This document shows, piece after piece, positions 1 through 13,267 of a stretch of DNA of 64,000 nt; position 1 is the stretch's first letter, and every line of letters begins with the position of its first letter. The notes beneath the pieces are model-generated. The model saw only the letters and a program-made list of their open reading frames with translations. It searched no databases and was not told the origin of the DNA. The stretch comes from Octopus sinensis (taxonomy: Eukaryota), in NCBI RefSeq assembly GCF_006345805.1, contig NC_043022.1, positions 3,782,001-3,846,000 on the forward strand. The letters are read 5' to 3'. Both the position numbers and the translations under genes were made by a program.

Positions 1-489
1 GGGTTTTAAAACAGAAAAGGTGTAGTTACAAGTAAAATGACAATTATAGAAAAAAGAGAATGCAAAAGAAATATGTAAACTGGTTTTATTCACTGAATTA
101 CCTGAAAGATGGGACGATTTGTCTGCTCGTACTGCGGATTTCTGATCGCACTTCGAGACAAACATTCGCACGAGTCTCGGCTCGTACAGAAAATTACTCG
201 TACAACGGGGCACTCATACTGCGAGGTAAGAAAAGGTTTTAAAGAGTTTAAGGAGAGTCGAATCAGCAAATTTGTCGGCCCAGGATTATAGTAGAAGACA
301 CTAACCTAAAGTGACACGCTGTGAGACTGAACCTGGAATCATATGGTCGGAAAGCAAACTTCTTAACCACAGCAGCCATTCTTGCGCCTACATTTCCTTT
401 AGATGTGCGAATGTGTTTCTAAACTGCCCTTTGAAAATATGTGTATGTGTATACACGCATACATACATATATACATATATACACACATG

Positions 490-848
490 GAATCTTGAGA
501 AATTAGGCTTTTCAAAACCCAAAAGGAGAAAGATAATTCGAAGACTACAGATCCCATCCATCACTGGAACTGTAAAAATCTGTAAAACTTTCCAGAAGTT
601 TATCGTCTAAATATATATGAGCATGTCTAGATATGCAACTATATTGCATGAGGATGCATACATAAAACAAAACATATAAATCTGCACATATACATACATA
701 CATACATACATACATACATACATACATACATACATACAAAAATACACTGTTGTTGATGTTGAAATTCCAATGAAGGAGGCTTGGATCTCGGTTAAATACC
801 GGCTCTTTCTCTATTGGCAAGAAATCTTGAAATAAAATTGAATAATGG

Positions 849-850
<2 letters not shown>
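490..850 (+). mobile_element. 3' end of an RLE-type (R4/Dong/NeSL-like) non-LTR retroelement in a CA/TACA microsatellite
   Basis: Frame reads NLEKLGFSKPKRRKIIRRLQIPSITGTVKICKTFQKFIV* (stop at 610), which resembles the C-terminus after the RLE domain. A related peptide QIRFVSGTIKICKTFLKFKM* recurs at about 12589-12651. Microsatellites flank both sides. Confidence 0.45.
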
Positions 851-898
<48 letters not shown>

Positions 899-999
899 AA
901 AAATTACTGACAAAAATTACGTCATATATTTTTAACAAGTTGGTCGTGGCAGTCAGCGACCGATGTATACAAAACGAAATTATTTCCTCATTTTATACT

Positions 1000-1155
1000 G
1001 TTTATATATATATAATATATATATATAATATATATATAGCGATAGAGAGAGAGAGAGAGAGAGAGAGGTAGATAGATAGGTAGATAGATAGATAGATAGA
1101 TAGATAGATCGATAGATAGATAGATAGATAGATAGTAGATAGATAGATAGGGATG

Positions 1156-1212
<57 letters not shown>

Positions 1213-1464
1213 GTAGGTACGTAGGTAGATAGATAGATTGGTATATAGATCCCAAATTTAGGAGTGGACCAGGTAGTGGTTGCTAACTGAGCGAAAGATA
1301 TAACTCTGAGTTTATCGAATTTCCTCGTAACTTCGATGTGGGAAAAAGTGTGTGAATTTCGATGGCAATGAACTGTTGTGGTTCCTTTTTTCTTTAAACC
1401 TTTGACATGCTGCTTCAAGCTTACAAACTGCCTACTCTCGGATGCTTGGATCTTACCCTTGTGT

Positions 1465-1521
<57 letters not shown>

Positions 1522-1825
1522 CGTCCATACATACATAGATATGTGTGGGTATGTATGTATATATCTATGTATGTATGTATGTATGTATGTATGTATGTGT
1601 GTGTATGTATGTATGTATGTATGTATGTATGTGTGTATGTATGTATGTGTGTATGTATGTATATATCTATGTATGTATGTATGTGTGTATGTGTGTATGT
1701 ATGTATGTATGTATGTATGTATGTATGATGTATATATCTATGTATGTATGTATATGTATGTGTGTATGTATGTATGTATGTATGTATGATGTATATATCT
1801 ATGTATGTATGTATATGTATGTGTG

Positions 1826-1856
<31 letters not shown>

Positions 1857-1895
1857 TGTGTGTGTGTATGTATGTATGTATGTATGTATGTATGC
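1000..1895. repeat. compound microsatellite field (TA, GA, GATA, TG, TATG)
   Basis: Directly visible; accounts for the low-complexity ORFs in this interval. Confidence 0.97.
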
Positions 1896-1983
1896 ATGCG
1901 CAGGAGAACGCGACCCTTCCACGGAAAACGAAAGAGTAGGTGCTCCAGTCTGGCCAGATGTGTCCTGGGGCAATACACAAGTA

Positions 1984-2819
1984 CGAGGTCTGATCAATAA
2001 ATATCCAGACTGTTACCATAGTAACGAACCTGAAGCATGTAGGGTGAAACCGCTTGGCACAGATTGATCTTGAACTCTACTGCACATGCGTACTAAGCTT
2101 TAACGATGTAGCGCACTTCCGCTGTTTACAGCAATGCTTGGAAGGAAGGTGTGTAGCGTGTGATCGTCGCATTGACCATGACAGAGAAAGTTGAGCAGAG
2201 AATCTGCATCAAATTTTGTCCAAAACCTGAAGATACCTGTTCAGAGGCCTAAGCAAAGTTTTCATCGTTCTCGACACAATCAAGGAGATCTTGTGCAATT
2301 GAAACCCGAGGGTCTTTTTGGTCAGCTGAAAGCAGTTTTGGCACAAACTTGGCAGACACGCGTCTCATACCCAAATCTTCAGTGATAATGGACTGAACTG
2401 AACCGTAACTAATCTAAACATCCTCTGATAACTCACGGATGGTAATTCGACGATTTCCCCTCACAGCTACACGCACATCTGCAATGTTTTTCCCAGTTCT
2501 GCTGGTTGCGGATCTCCCAGAACGTTCGTCAATATCGGCACTTTTTCGGCCATCTTGGAAACATCTGAACCACTCCTACACTCCTCCCATACACTTTTTA
2601 CAACTTTGTGTAGACCTCTGAGCAGAATCGCCATGACAACTTTCTCTGTCATGGTCAATGCGACGGTCACACGCTACACACCTTCCTTCCAAGCATTGCT
2701 GTATACAGCAGAAGTGAGCTAGAACGTCGAAACTTAGTGCGCATGCACAGCAGAGTTCAAGGTCAATCTTCGCCAAGCGGTTTCACTCTACATGCTTTAG
2801 GTTCATTGATCATACCTCG
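1984..2819. mobile_element. mariner-derived fold-back element built from two inverted left ends
   Basis: TA-CGAGGTCTGATCAAT ... ATTGATCATACCTCG-TA with inverted arms of about 200 bp. The + strand reads MTEKVEQRICIKFC from the ATG at 2178; the - strand reads DERSGR...RRITIRELSED...LGMRRVSAKFVPKLL, the mariner HTH and WVPxxL-type motif. Confidence 0.85.
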
Positions 2820-2821
2820 TA

Positions 2822-3206
2822 CATGTGTATTGCCCCAGTTCACATCTGGCCAGACTGGAGCGCCTACTCTTCCGTTTTCCGTGGAAGGGTCGCGTTCACC
2901 TGGTCAGGCGCTCCTTTTGTTCTCAACACCCGCTGAATGGAAGACTGGGCATGCCGTGGCTGATGATGCACAGTCATGCAATGAGGTTACTACATCTCCA
3001 GCGTTTTCTTGACGTTGAGCAAGTGTGGTTGTTTTTTTTTGTTTGTTTTTTGTTTGTTTGTTTTTTTGTCAGATTCGCTTTTCCGCAGCTCGTCTCTTTG
3101 ATTGAGCTGCAGTCCTGGATCGAGCGTAGACCGAGGCAGGAGACTTGACACCTACAGTGTCATCAGACGTTCACCGTCCCCTGCCAGTCGTTGGAAGTTC
3201 CACATT
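2822..3206 (+). mobile_element. Tx1/L1-clade LINE relic (post-RT region)
   Basis: Peptide CPSSHLARLERLLFRFPWKGRVHLVRRSFCSQHPLNGRLGMP matches the FxWxGK...PxxxGGLGxP motif of L1/Tx1 ORF2. Confidence 0.6.
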
Positions 3207-3223
3207 GGCGCAGGAGTGGCTAT

Positions 3224-3632
3224 AGGCGCAGGAGTGGCTGTGTGGTAAGTAGCTTGCTTATGAACTACATGGTTCCGGGTTCAGTCCCACTGCGTGGCAT
3301 CTTGGGCAAGTGTCTTCTACTATAGCCTTGTGAGTGGATTTGGTAGACGGAAACTGAAAGAAGCCTGTCGTATATATATAATATATATATATATATATGT
3401 GTATGTGTGTGTGTTTGTGTGTCTGTTTGTCCCCCTAGCATTGCTTGACAACCGATGCTGGTGTGTTTATGTCCCCGTCACTTAGCGGTTCGGCAAAAAG
3501 AAACCGATAGAATAAGTACTGGGCTTACAAAGAATAAGCCCCGGGGTCGACTTGCTCGACTAAAGGCGGTGCTCCAGCATGGCCGCAGTCAAATGACTGA
3601 AACAAGTAAAAGTAAAAGTAAAGTAAGTAAAG
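3224..3632 (+). mobile_element. tRNA-derived SINE family A (CORE-like), near full length
   Basis: A/B-box head (TGGCTGTGTGG...GGTTCAGTCCC), CORE-like CTTGGGCAAGTGTCTT, internal TA/TG tract, AAAAGT-type repeat tail. ATTGGCG direct repeat at the flanks. More than 15 homologous copies in the window. Confidence 0.9.
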
Positions 3633-4189
3633 TATTGGCGTTCTATAAAGTTCAAGTGAGGGGCCAAGAGCGACCACGCCCTAAGGGAAGACTCTCGGCG
3701 TCGATGCGACTCAACTGGCTGGTCTGTTCCGGAGAACTTTCGAGAATGGCTTTAGGTTCATTGATCAGACCTCGTACTTGTGTATTGCCCCAGCATCTGG
3801 CCAGACTGGAGCGCCTACTCTACATGGTGCATTTCCAGCTCGAGATAAACTCTAAAGGCATGGGAGTGTCGTCGGTAGAACCTGCCCGAAATGCAAGCAG
3901 AGCGACCAAAGTGTTATGCACGCACTCGTTCAGTGCCCGAGCATTGCTGACCTGTGGGTTTATGTTAAGCATGCCGGACGAAATTCTTGGTGGTATTTTG
4001 TCCGGTGAGCTAACAATTCAGTCAGATAGCCGCCCTTGGTAGAGCTATAAATAACAACATCAAAATATTGCGTTAAAAACCCTTTGGGTAATGAAAGTCT
4101 ACAGAGAAGGGTTCGTGTCCCAAAGTAGCCTTCGACCTTTTCTATCCAAAGGGTTTTTAAAATTCAATATCTGCACGCGCGCGCGCTGA

Positions 4190-4194
4190 CACAC

Positions 4195-4233
<39 letters not shown>

Positions 4234-4816
4234 ATATACGCAACCCGTATGCTCTTTTCCTCTCTCACACATATGTAAATATATATATATATATGCGTAT
4301 GTATGTATATATGTATGTATGTATGTATGTAAGTATGCATGTTTGTATGTATGTATGTATGTATGTTTGTATGTACTTATGTGTGTGTATGTATGTATGT
4401 ATGTATGTATGTATGCATGTATGTATGTATGTATGTGTGTGAGTATGTATATATGTATGCATATGTACATACGTATTTATGTATATATATATATATATGT
4501 GTGGGGATGTATGTATGTTTGTATGTATTATGCATGTATGTATGCGTGCATGTATGTCATAAATATTACAGACAATAGTGTGTCGAACGCTAAACCAGCC
4601 AGGCGGTTAAGAAACTCATTTCTGACTCACACACCCGTGCCTGCACCCGATACCCGTTACCCACCCCGACAAGATCCCGCTACCGATTACATAATACGTA
4701 CCAAGCACATGCTAATGTTGCTTCAATAGTTTTACTCCTTTCTATTCAGAATCTTATAGCTGTAGTGTGAGAAAATGATTAACGGTAGCATTGTGTCCAT
4801 TCATATACATATATAT

Positions 4817-4863
<47 letters not shown>

Positions 4864-4899
4864 CTACACACACACACATATATACATACACGCACACTT

Positions 4900-4930
<31 letters not shown>

Positions 4931-5253
4931 TTGTGTGTATTATATATATGTGGTGTGTGTTGTATGTGTGTGTGGTGTGATATATATATATATATATGTG
5001 TGTGTTGTGTATATATATATATATGTATATATATATATGGTATATATATATATTATATGTATATATGATATATATAGATATATGTATAATATATATATAT
5101 ATGTATATATGATATATAATATATATATATTATATATATTATATGGATAATATATATATATATATGTGTATATATAATATATATATGTATATATAAGATA
5201 ATATATATATATATAATATATATACTATAAATTATATATATATTAATGGTTTG

Positions 5254-5285
<32 letters not shown>

Positions 5286-5295
5286 TGTTATATAT

Positions 5296-5327
<32 letters not shown>

Positions 5328-5753
5328 ATATACATTATAATATAGTATGCATGTATGTATTGTGCGTATGTGTGAGTTTGTTCGACGAAGTATTGATTGG
5401 TAGATATTGATTGATGACTAATGACATTGTAATTTTCTTGAGTGTATATATATATTGTGTAGAGTGCACACACACACACACACACACAAACAAGTAGACA
5501 TCTTAAAACACATGAGAATATAAATACATAGGTGTGCGTGTGTATGTGAATGTGTATGTATACGTATATATATATATATATATGTGGGTGGGTGAGTTTG
5601 TATTTATGTATGTGTGAATACAAATACACACACACACAGACGCATACACATATGCATACATACATATATATGCGGATATGTGTGTGTATGTGTGTATTAT
5701 GTATATATCCAGATTAAGATACAGGGGGCGCGGAAAGCAAGGTAAAGTACATA

Positions 5754-5829
<76 letters not shown>

Positions 5830-5830
5830 A
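4190..5830. repeat. microsatellite field (CA, TATG, TA, GAAA)
   Basis: Directly visible. Confidence 0.97.
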
Positions 5831-6528
5831 AAACATCGTCATCACACAACAGTTTATCCTGCCGATAATAAAACTTTGCTCTGAACTCTACGATTATTTT
5901 CTGTCTCATATTTGATAAGGGGAATCTTTCCCGAAATATAATATAATCATTAAAGAAACGTAGTGTAGTACATTCTCCTTGTTTTGTTTTTTACTTATTG
6001 ACTTAATATTTTGCTTGACGTCTCACCTGTATTTTATTTGGAATCGGTCAAACAGTTGAGTCCTATATTAAGCAATTAAGCAGTGAGAGGTGAACAAAAT
6101 GGACGATGACAGAGAAACGCTAGTAGAACAAATAAATGTTGGATGTTCCATTTTTTTAAAGAATTCCATTTAGAGTTCATTTTTTAAAAATATTTTTACA
6201 AAAGACAAATAAATAATGAACGGTTAATTACAAGGGAGCAGATAGATTTTTCTCTGTTTACAAGAGCACAGGTAGACTTTTTCTTAGAGAAAATACAAAG
6301 TAAGGATTAGCGTGATTAGATCAGAAGAGAAAGTATTGTATTTGATGGTATTGTAGCAGATTCGAAACCGAACCGCTGGACAGCCGTCGGATGCCACGCT
6401 GAGGTACTATCGTTTCATGTGAGCTGCTAATTATCTGACCAATCAGCATCAAACCATCACGTGATTCGACTTTCTAGAACCTTCTAATGAGTTTTGGAGA
6501 AGGTGAATTTGTGGCGGTAACTTCAGAA

Positions 6529-6759
6529 GGCGGCGAGCTGGCAGAAACGTTAGCGTGCCGAGCGAAATGCTTAGCGGTATTTCGTCTGCCGTTACGTTCT
6601 GAGTTCAAATTCCGCCGAGGTCGACTTTGCCTTTCATCCTTTCGGGGTCGATTAAATAAGTACCAGTTACACACTGGGGTCGATATGATCGACTTAATCC
6701 GTTTGTCTGTCCTTGTTTATCCTCTCTGTGTTTAGCTCCTTGTGGGTAGTAAAGAAATA
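6529..6759 (+). mobile_element. tRNA-derived SINE family B, full length
   Basis: GGCGGCGAGCTGGCAGAA head, GAGTTCAAATTCC B-box and central GCCTTTCATCCTTTCGGGGTCGAT domain. 13-bp TSD GGTAACTTCAGAA at 6516-6528 and 6760-6772. Confidence 0.92.
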
Positions 6760-6908
6760 GGTAACTTCAGAATGCTGAGACAGTTGCTTTAACGATTCCA
6801 TTCTCATTTTTCCATTCAGCAGCCGTGCAGATCGAAGCTACAGATTCACCGTCTGAATTTAGAAAGATATTTTCCCAGTTGTGACAGCCTAGTTACAAAT
6901 CGATAAGT

Positions 6909-7293
6909 GGAAGCACTCCGTCGGTTACGACGACGAGGGTTCCGGTTGATCCGAATCAACGGAACAGCCTGCTCGTGAAATTAACGTGTAAGTGGCTGAG
7001 CACTCCACAGACACGTGCACCCTTAACGTAGTTCTCGGGGATATTCAGCGTGACACAGAGAGTGACAAGGCCGGCCCTTTGAAATACAGGTACAACAGAA
7101 ACAGGAAGTAAGGGTGAGAGAAAGTTGTGGTGAAAGAGTACAGCAGGGATCACCACCACCCCTGCCGGAGACTCGTGGAGCTTTTTAGGTGTTTTCGCTC
7201 AATAAACACTCACAATGCCCGGTCCGGGAATCGAAACCGCGATCCTATGACCGCGAGTCCGCTGCCCTAACCACTGGGCCATTGCGCCTCCAC
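6909..7293 (-). mobile_element. tRNA-derived SINE family C, full length
   Basis: Head GGAGGCGCAATGGCCCAGTGGTTAGG...GGTTTCGATTCCC. 10-bp TSD ATCGATAAGT. Near-identical copies at 53783 and 62977. Confidence 0.92.
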
Positions 7294-8043
7294 ATCGATA
7301 AGTACTAGCTATTTTGTGGCAGACTCCAAAGTTTGTCTTTCCCAGTGTGTTGTTTTTATTCTTCATCCAACACAGGCATTATGTCCCGTAAGTAAAGCTG
7401 CTATTTATCGTTCATGCCTGTGTATTGTTTATCATTTTACACGCAGCCAAGTAAACTCAACCACAAGACAGCACGGTCAAATTATGGAAACAGTTTTTAG
7501 TTCGTTAAAGCTTATGGGAGGCCCAGCTTCACTAACTGCTGGCTTCACGTATGTGAAATTCTTCTTGAGTCAAACTGGTATAGATGCCATAGAGAGTAGG
7601 CGAATCTTAGCCTTCTAATCAGAATCAGATATATTCAAAATGTTGTTTTAAACAATCACTCAAAAGTCATTCCGATGCATATATCCGGTTTTGAGAGTAA
7701 GCTCAGGACCAAGGGTGGTTTTAAGAAAATTTTGCGTCTTATGTCGTCAAATATGATATCGTAATTGAATAAAGCTACATCGTAATTCACTTTGTAAATA
7801 TCATATATATACATATATATTCTTTGTTTCAGGCATTTGACTGTGGCCATGGTGGAGCACCGCCTTTAGTCGAACAAATCGACCCCAAGACTTATTCCGG
7901 TGTTAGTGTGTTTAAATCCCCAAGACTTATTCTTAGTAAGCCTACTATTTATTCTATCGGTCTCTTTTGCCAAACCGCTAAGTAACGGTTGTCAAGCTAT
8001 GGTGAGGGGACAAACACAAACACACACGCACACACACACACAC

Positions 8044-8098
<55 letters not shown>

Positions 8099-8444
8099 AC
8101 ATATATGACAAGCTTCTTTCAGTTTCCATCTACCAAAATCCATTCGCAAGGTTTTGGTCGCTCTGAGGCTATATAGGTAGATCACGTGCCCTGAAGTTCA
8201 AATAAGGCGGGATTTTTTCGGAAACTCGATAAATCTCAGTTGGCATCGATTTTTGTGAGCTCAATCAGGCGTTTGAAGGGAAATTCCCATAACGATGTAA
8301 TTTTCCCTGCAGCCTTTGCATTTTTTCACAGGTAAAATTTCAACAAAATCGATAGAATAGTCTCTAAGGAAATGCTATTCAATACAAGACCGAGGTGGGC
8401 TTAATTTCAACACGGAAAACAATATATATATGATAGATATATAT

Positions 8445-8481
<37 letters not shown>

Positions 8482-8548
8482 TGTTAATTTCGGAATGGTC
8501 ATATTGCCAGTTTAGCCAAAAAAACACACGCACAACAAATATTTAAAC

Positions 8549-8582
<34 letters not shown>

Positions 8583-8652
8583 GTATGTATGTATGTATGT
8601 ATGTCCTCTAGTATGTATCCTGGTATATTTGTATATATATATATATATATAG

Positions 8653-8686
<34 letters not shown>

Positions 8687-8917
8687 TGCAACGGTTTTTA
8701 TAATTAAAAAGTTGTTAGCCTTTAAAATTGCAAAATATGGGTATTTTAGCCAATCAAAGCGAGTGTTTTACACATTGCCGTGAAGTTCTGATAGCATACT
8801 AAGCAAAGATGCACCACGTGTTCCATGGCTGATTGCGGAGAAATCTACGTTTCCACAGTACCCAAAGATGCTGTGCATGCGCACAAGGAGTGTAATCACC
8901 AAATAGAGTGCAATCTA

Positions 8918-9060
8918 CAAATTGAGAGTACCTGGGCATCTTTAAAGCGGAGAACCAACGCCGGTGTGGGACGCACCTTTCCACGGTTGACTCTTATCTT
9001 TGTGAATTTATGTGGAGAAGGAGATGCGTGAAAGATAATTTATTTTATAAAATCCTAGAG
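8918..9060 (+). mobile_element. Merlin (IS1595/IS1016-like) transposase C-terminal relic
   Basis: QIESTWASLKRR/(frameshift)RRCGTHLSTVDSYLCEFMWRRR matches the IExxWxxxK...YLxEFxWR motif. Interrupted by a SINE with an AGAGTG direct repeat. Confidence 0.65.
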
Positions 9061-9457
9061 TGGCTGTGTGGTAAGTAGCTTGTCTACGAACCGCATGGTT
9101 CCGGGTTCAGTCCCACTGCGTGGCACCTTGGGCAAGTGTCTTCTGCTATAGACCCGGGCCGACCAAAGCCTTGTGAGTGGATTTGGTAGACGGAAACTGA
9201 AAGAAGCCTGTCGTATATATGTATATATATATATATATATGTGTGTATGTGTATATGTTTGTGTGTCTGTGTTTGTCCCCCGATGCTGGTTTGTTTATGT
9301 CCCCGTCACTTAGCGGTTCGGCAAAAGAGACCGATAGAATAAGTACTGGGCTTACAAAAGAATAAGTCCCGGGGTCGAGTTGCTCGATTAAAGGCGGTGC
9401 TCCAGCATGGCCGCAGTCAAATGACTGAAACAAGTAAAAGAGTAAAAGAGTAAAGAG
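9057..9457 (+). mobile_element. SINE family A
   Basis: Homologous to 3224-3632 with CpGs intact. Confidence 0.9.
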
Positions 9458-9991
9458 TGTATCGCAAACTTTCGTTCTTGAGAATTTCAACTAAAAAATG
9501 TTTGTTTTACACAATGTTTTGAGCGTTATTTCTAGCAACTCCTGTTGGTTTGCACGTAGCTTTTAAATATTTAATTTGCTCGCGAATCTTTTAATATTTT
9601 CCAGTTTACTGTAAGCTAGTTTAATGCTTTGGCATGTTGCCCCCCCCCCCACCTTTCTCGCTACTGTAACAGATGATGGAAGAGGCAGCGAACGCGCTGT
9701 TTCCTGATTGGCTGAAAATTCTGAAAATCATCGAAATTTTAACACCTGTAACATTTTCGAATTCTTTGCCGTTTTCCTTTCCCATAAAGTAGTGATAGCA
9801 AGTCTGAAAGTCAGCCGATCAGTTTACTTGTCTCGTGTGTTTAGTATAAATTGTAAAAATTTACCCAAAATGTAAAGATTTGGTGTAGCTGGAACTTTTA
9901 TAGTTGAATAACGATACAGAGTAAACAATTTGAGTAAACATACGAGTAAAATAGTACAGATTTACGGGAAAAGTGTGAAAATGTGTGTGTG

Positions 9992-10019
<28 letters not shown>

Positions 10020-10028
<9 letters not shown>

Positions 10029-10413
10029 GGCAGTTTGTCTGTCTGTGTGGCTGTCAGGTTGTACCCTCACCCTGACCACGGCTTTCAACCGATTCTGATG
10101 AAACTTGACACACTCATAGCCCAATGTCATAATTAAAAACTAACGAAGCGAAAATTTTGAAAAGTTCCCCCCAGTTCTAAAAAAATTGATAAATTCGACA
10201 TGGGGTCGAGAATCTAAGCACTTATATGCAACACATTTTCTCTGTCGGGAGGGACAGCTAGGAACATCGTATACATAGAAGTATTCGAGGGAAGAGAAGA
10301 ATTGCACGACCTACAATGCGCCTTCGTCCCTAGAGGAAAGAACTAGATTGGGATTAGTCGTTGCCTACTAGGGGCTCTTACATACCCGGGCAACGCCGGG
10401 CTATGCCTGATAG
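10020..10413 (+). mobile_element. non-autonomous Helitron-like element (variant 3' half)
   Basis: First 190 bp are shared with 11167-11541. Subterminal hairpin CCCGGGCAACGCCGGG; ends in GATAG-T, a degenerate CTAG. Confidence 0.65.
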
Positions 10414-11166
10414 TATATATATATATATATATATATCTAGATATATAATATGTATATATATATATATATATAATATATATATTATCTTATATATATATTT
10501 GAACAAATTTCTTTCACGGAAGGAAACAGTTACTCAATTCGGCTCCTTTCTTTCTCCATGAGGTATTGATAACAATTCTGAAAGTCAGACGATCAAAGAT
10601 TTACTCGTCTCGTGAATCTGGTGAAAGTTGTAAAAATTTACCCAAAATGTAAACACATTTTGTGTGGCTGGACAACAAGGGTATGTGATGTAGTTGAATA
10701 AAAAAAATACAGAACAGACAACTTGAGTAAACGATGATATATTATGTCGGACACGGATGTAACAGAAAAAATTTACTGGGAAAAAGTAAGAGATTGGAAG
10801 TGAAAATGTAAGGGTTTGTTTTTTTTTTACAAAAAAAATTCTTTCACAGAAGGAAACAACCACTCAATTCCTTGCCGTTTTCCTTCTCCATGAGGTAGCG
10901 ATAGCAATTCTGAAAATCAGCCAATCAGAGTTTTACCTGTCTCGTGAGTCGGGTGTAGATGGTAAATATTTAATGAAAATATAAACATACTGGACAAGAG
11001 GATGTGATGTAAATGAATAAAGATATAGAGTAAATAGATTACGTAAGTAATTATAACATATATATATCATCGGGTTTGGACATATTTGATTAGAGAAGTC
11101 GGACGAAATATAAGCAAACATAGGATTAATAAATATGGCCGGAGAAGAGAAAGTGTTGTAGTTGAA

Positions 11167-11541
11167 TCTCTCTATATAAACGGTAGTTTGTCTGTCTGTG
11201 TGTCTGTTAGGTTGTACCCTCACCCTGACCACGGCTTTCAACCGATTCTGATGAAACTTGACACACACATAGCCCAATGTCATAATTCAAAACTAAAGCA
11301 GCGAAAATTTTGAAAAGTTCCCCCCAGTTCTGAAAAAAGTCGATAAATTCGACATGGGGTCGAGAATCAGAAACACAAACCACAGACTGTCTAGGGGACG
11401 CAACTCGACCTTTTTAACTCTCAAAAAAAATTTACCATAATTTTTTTCCCATTTTTTTTTTATTTTTTGGCTATAACTCTCTAAAAATGCTTTATAGTTA
11501 TTTCCCTTACAAACCCGAGCAACGCCGGGCGATACTGCTAG
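11167..11541 (+). mobile_element. non-autonomous Helitron
   Basis: 5' TC, 3' CTAG, hairpin CCCGAGCAACGCCGGG about 12 nt from the end, inserted between A and T with no TSD. Confidence 0.85.
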
Positions 11542-11730
11542 TAAAGATATAAAGTTTACAGTTACATAAATATGGAAAGTGTATGGTGTATAAAGGAAGG
11601 TTGAAAAGGAGATAAATAACATTATGGAAATTCGAAAGATTATCGCATATTTTTAATGAAATGATTCATGGGAAACTATAAGACAACTTAGGAATATCAA
11701 TATGGCTGGACAAGAGAGAGTATTGTAATA

Positions 11731-11932
11731 CTCTTTACTCTTTTACTCTTTTACTTGTTTCAGTCATTTGACTGCGGCCATGCTGGAGCACCGCCTTTAG
11801 TCGAGCAAATCGACCCCGGGACTTATTCTTTGTAAGCCCAGTACTTATTCTATTGGTCTCTTTTGCCGAACCGCTAAGTAACGGGGACGTAAACACACCA
11901 GCATCGGTTGTCAAGCAATGCTAGAGGGACAA

Positions 11933-11963
<31 letters not shown>

Positions 11964-12135
11964 CATATATACGACAGGCTTCTTTCAGTTTCCGTCTACC
12001 AAATCCACTCACAAGGCATTGGTCGGCCCGGGGCTATAGCAGAAGACACTTGCCCAAGGTGCCACGCAGTGGGACTGAACCCGGAACCATGTGGTTGGTT
12101 AGCGAGCTACTTACCACACAGCCACTCCTGCGCCT
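11731..12135 (-). mobile_element. SINE family A
   Basis: Full-length reverse-complement copy. Confidence 0.9.
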
Positions 12136-12707
12136 AATGATTAAGGATATAGAAGGATGTAAGATTTGGGTAGATTCATAAACATGTAAAGTGTTTGGTG
12201 TATGAAAAAGATTTTGATAAACAGATTTCGAGAAAGCTCGAAGTGGTTGTTTATCATGTCTGCGAAGATGGTTACCTGTTTGAAACATCCTAACGCATCT
12301 TTATTTACCTTTTTTCCCCAAATTTATTTTATGTATTTATCTAACCCACGCAGGTAAGACTGGGTCTAAGTATTGGCTCGACCAGTCTAGACTGAATGCT
12401 GGGACCTTAAAAACCTAGAGGGTCTCCAGTTAATGTGTATGTATGATTCTAGTCGTGACGGTGAGGGACCAGGAAGAGTGGTCACATGTGGAATAGCCAA
12501 AGGTTTCTCTATATCTCAACCTGGTGTTGTCCACAGGCTCAATGAAACGCACACAAACACAAACACTCACCAACTAACACGCACATCACAGATACGATTT
12601 GTAAGTGGAACAATAAAAATATGCAAGACTTTTCTCAAGTTTAAAATGTGACATTGCTTTTGTTATCTACATTCCAAAGATGGAGCTTCGTAACTTTGTC
12701 AGAAACC

Positions 12708-12931
12708 TATTTCTTTACTGCCCACAAGGGGCTAAGGAGACAAACAAGGACAAACAGACGGATTAAGTCGATTATATCGACCCCAGTGCGTAACTGGTTC
12801 TTAAATTATCGACCCTGAAAGGATGAAAGGCAAAGTCGACCTCGGCGGAATTTGAACTCAGAACGTCGCGGCAGACGAAATACCGCTAAGCATTTCGGCC
12901 GGCATGCTATCGTTTCTGCCAGCTCGCCACC
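12708..12931 (-). mobile_element. SINE family B
   Basis: Reverse copy with 13-bp TSD TTTGTCAGAAACC. Confidence 0.92.
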
Positions 12932-13267
12932 TTATTTGTCAGAAACCAATTCCTTCCTCGGTGGTGGTGGTGGTGGTGGTGGTGGGTTTGAAATAATCAA
13001 AATTAGAAGACAACACACATACACATATAGCATTATCTAGAGTTGTCTAAAAACAAAAGTTGTTGGTGGAATTGGTGAAGGGAGAAACAGAAAGAGTTGC
13101 CAGAAGACAGTAGCGGTAGGAGATGAGTGAAGAATCGAAGAACGGAATCACAAGACACTCTCAACTCAAAAGTTATTGTCTCAAAGGTTCGGTGTCATCA
13201 GGTACAGCATGGTGCCCAAAATAAACGAACTCTTCGAAACCAGTTCACAGTTAGTGAGGTCTGTGAA

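Noticed and set aside
109-225. CpG-rich ORF with CxxC and a GAG|GTAAGA donor, possibly a zinc-finger exon
   Set aside because: His spacing does not fit C2H2 and there is no other support.
760-810. Hammerhead-like layout in the RLE-element 3' UTR (CCAATGA...AAATACCGG)
   Set aside because: Both core boxes deviate and helix II is poor; it cannot be supported from this copy alone.
1002-1997. Long ORFs rich in YI/HT/CV/MY (also at 4.1-5.7, 13.1-14.0, 33.6-35.9, 38.3-39.0 and 62.3-62.9 kb)
   Set aside because: Translations of dinucleotide and tetranucleotide microsatellites, open in several frames on both strands.
6529-6615. tRNA genes at SINE heads
   Set aside because: A/B boxes are present but run into SINE bodies with tails and TSDs. 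I could not support a complete cloverleaf.
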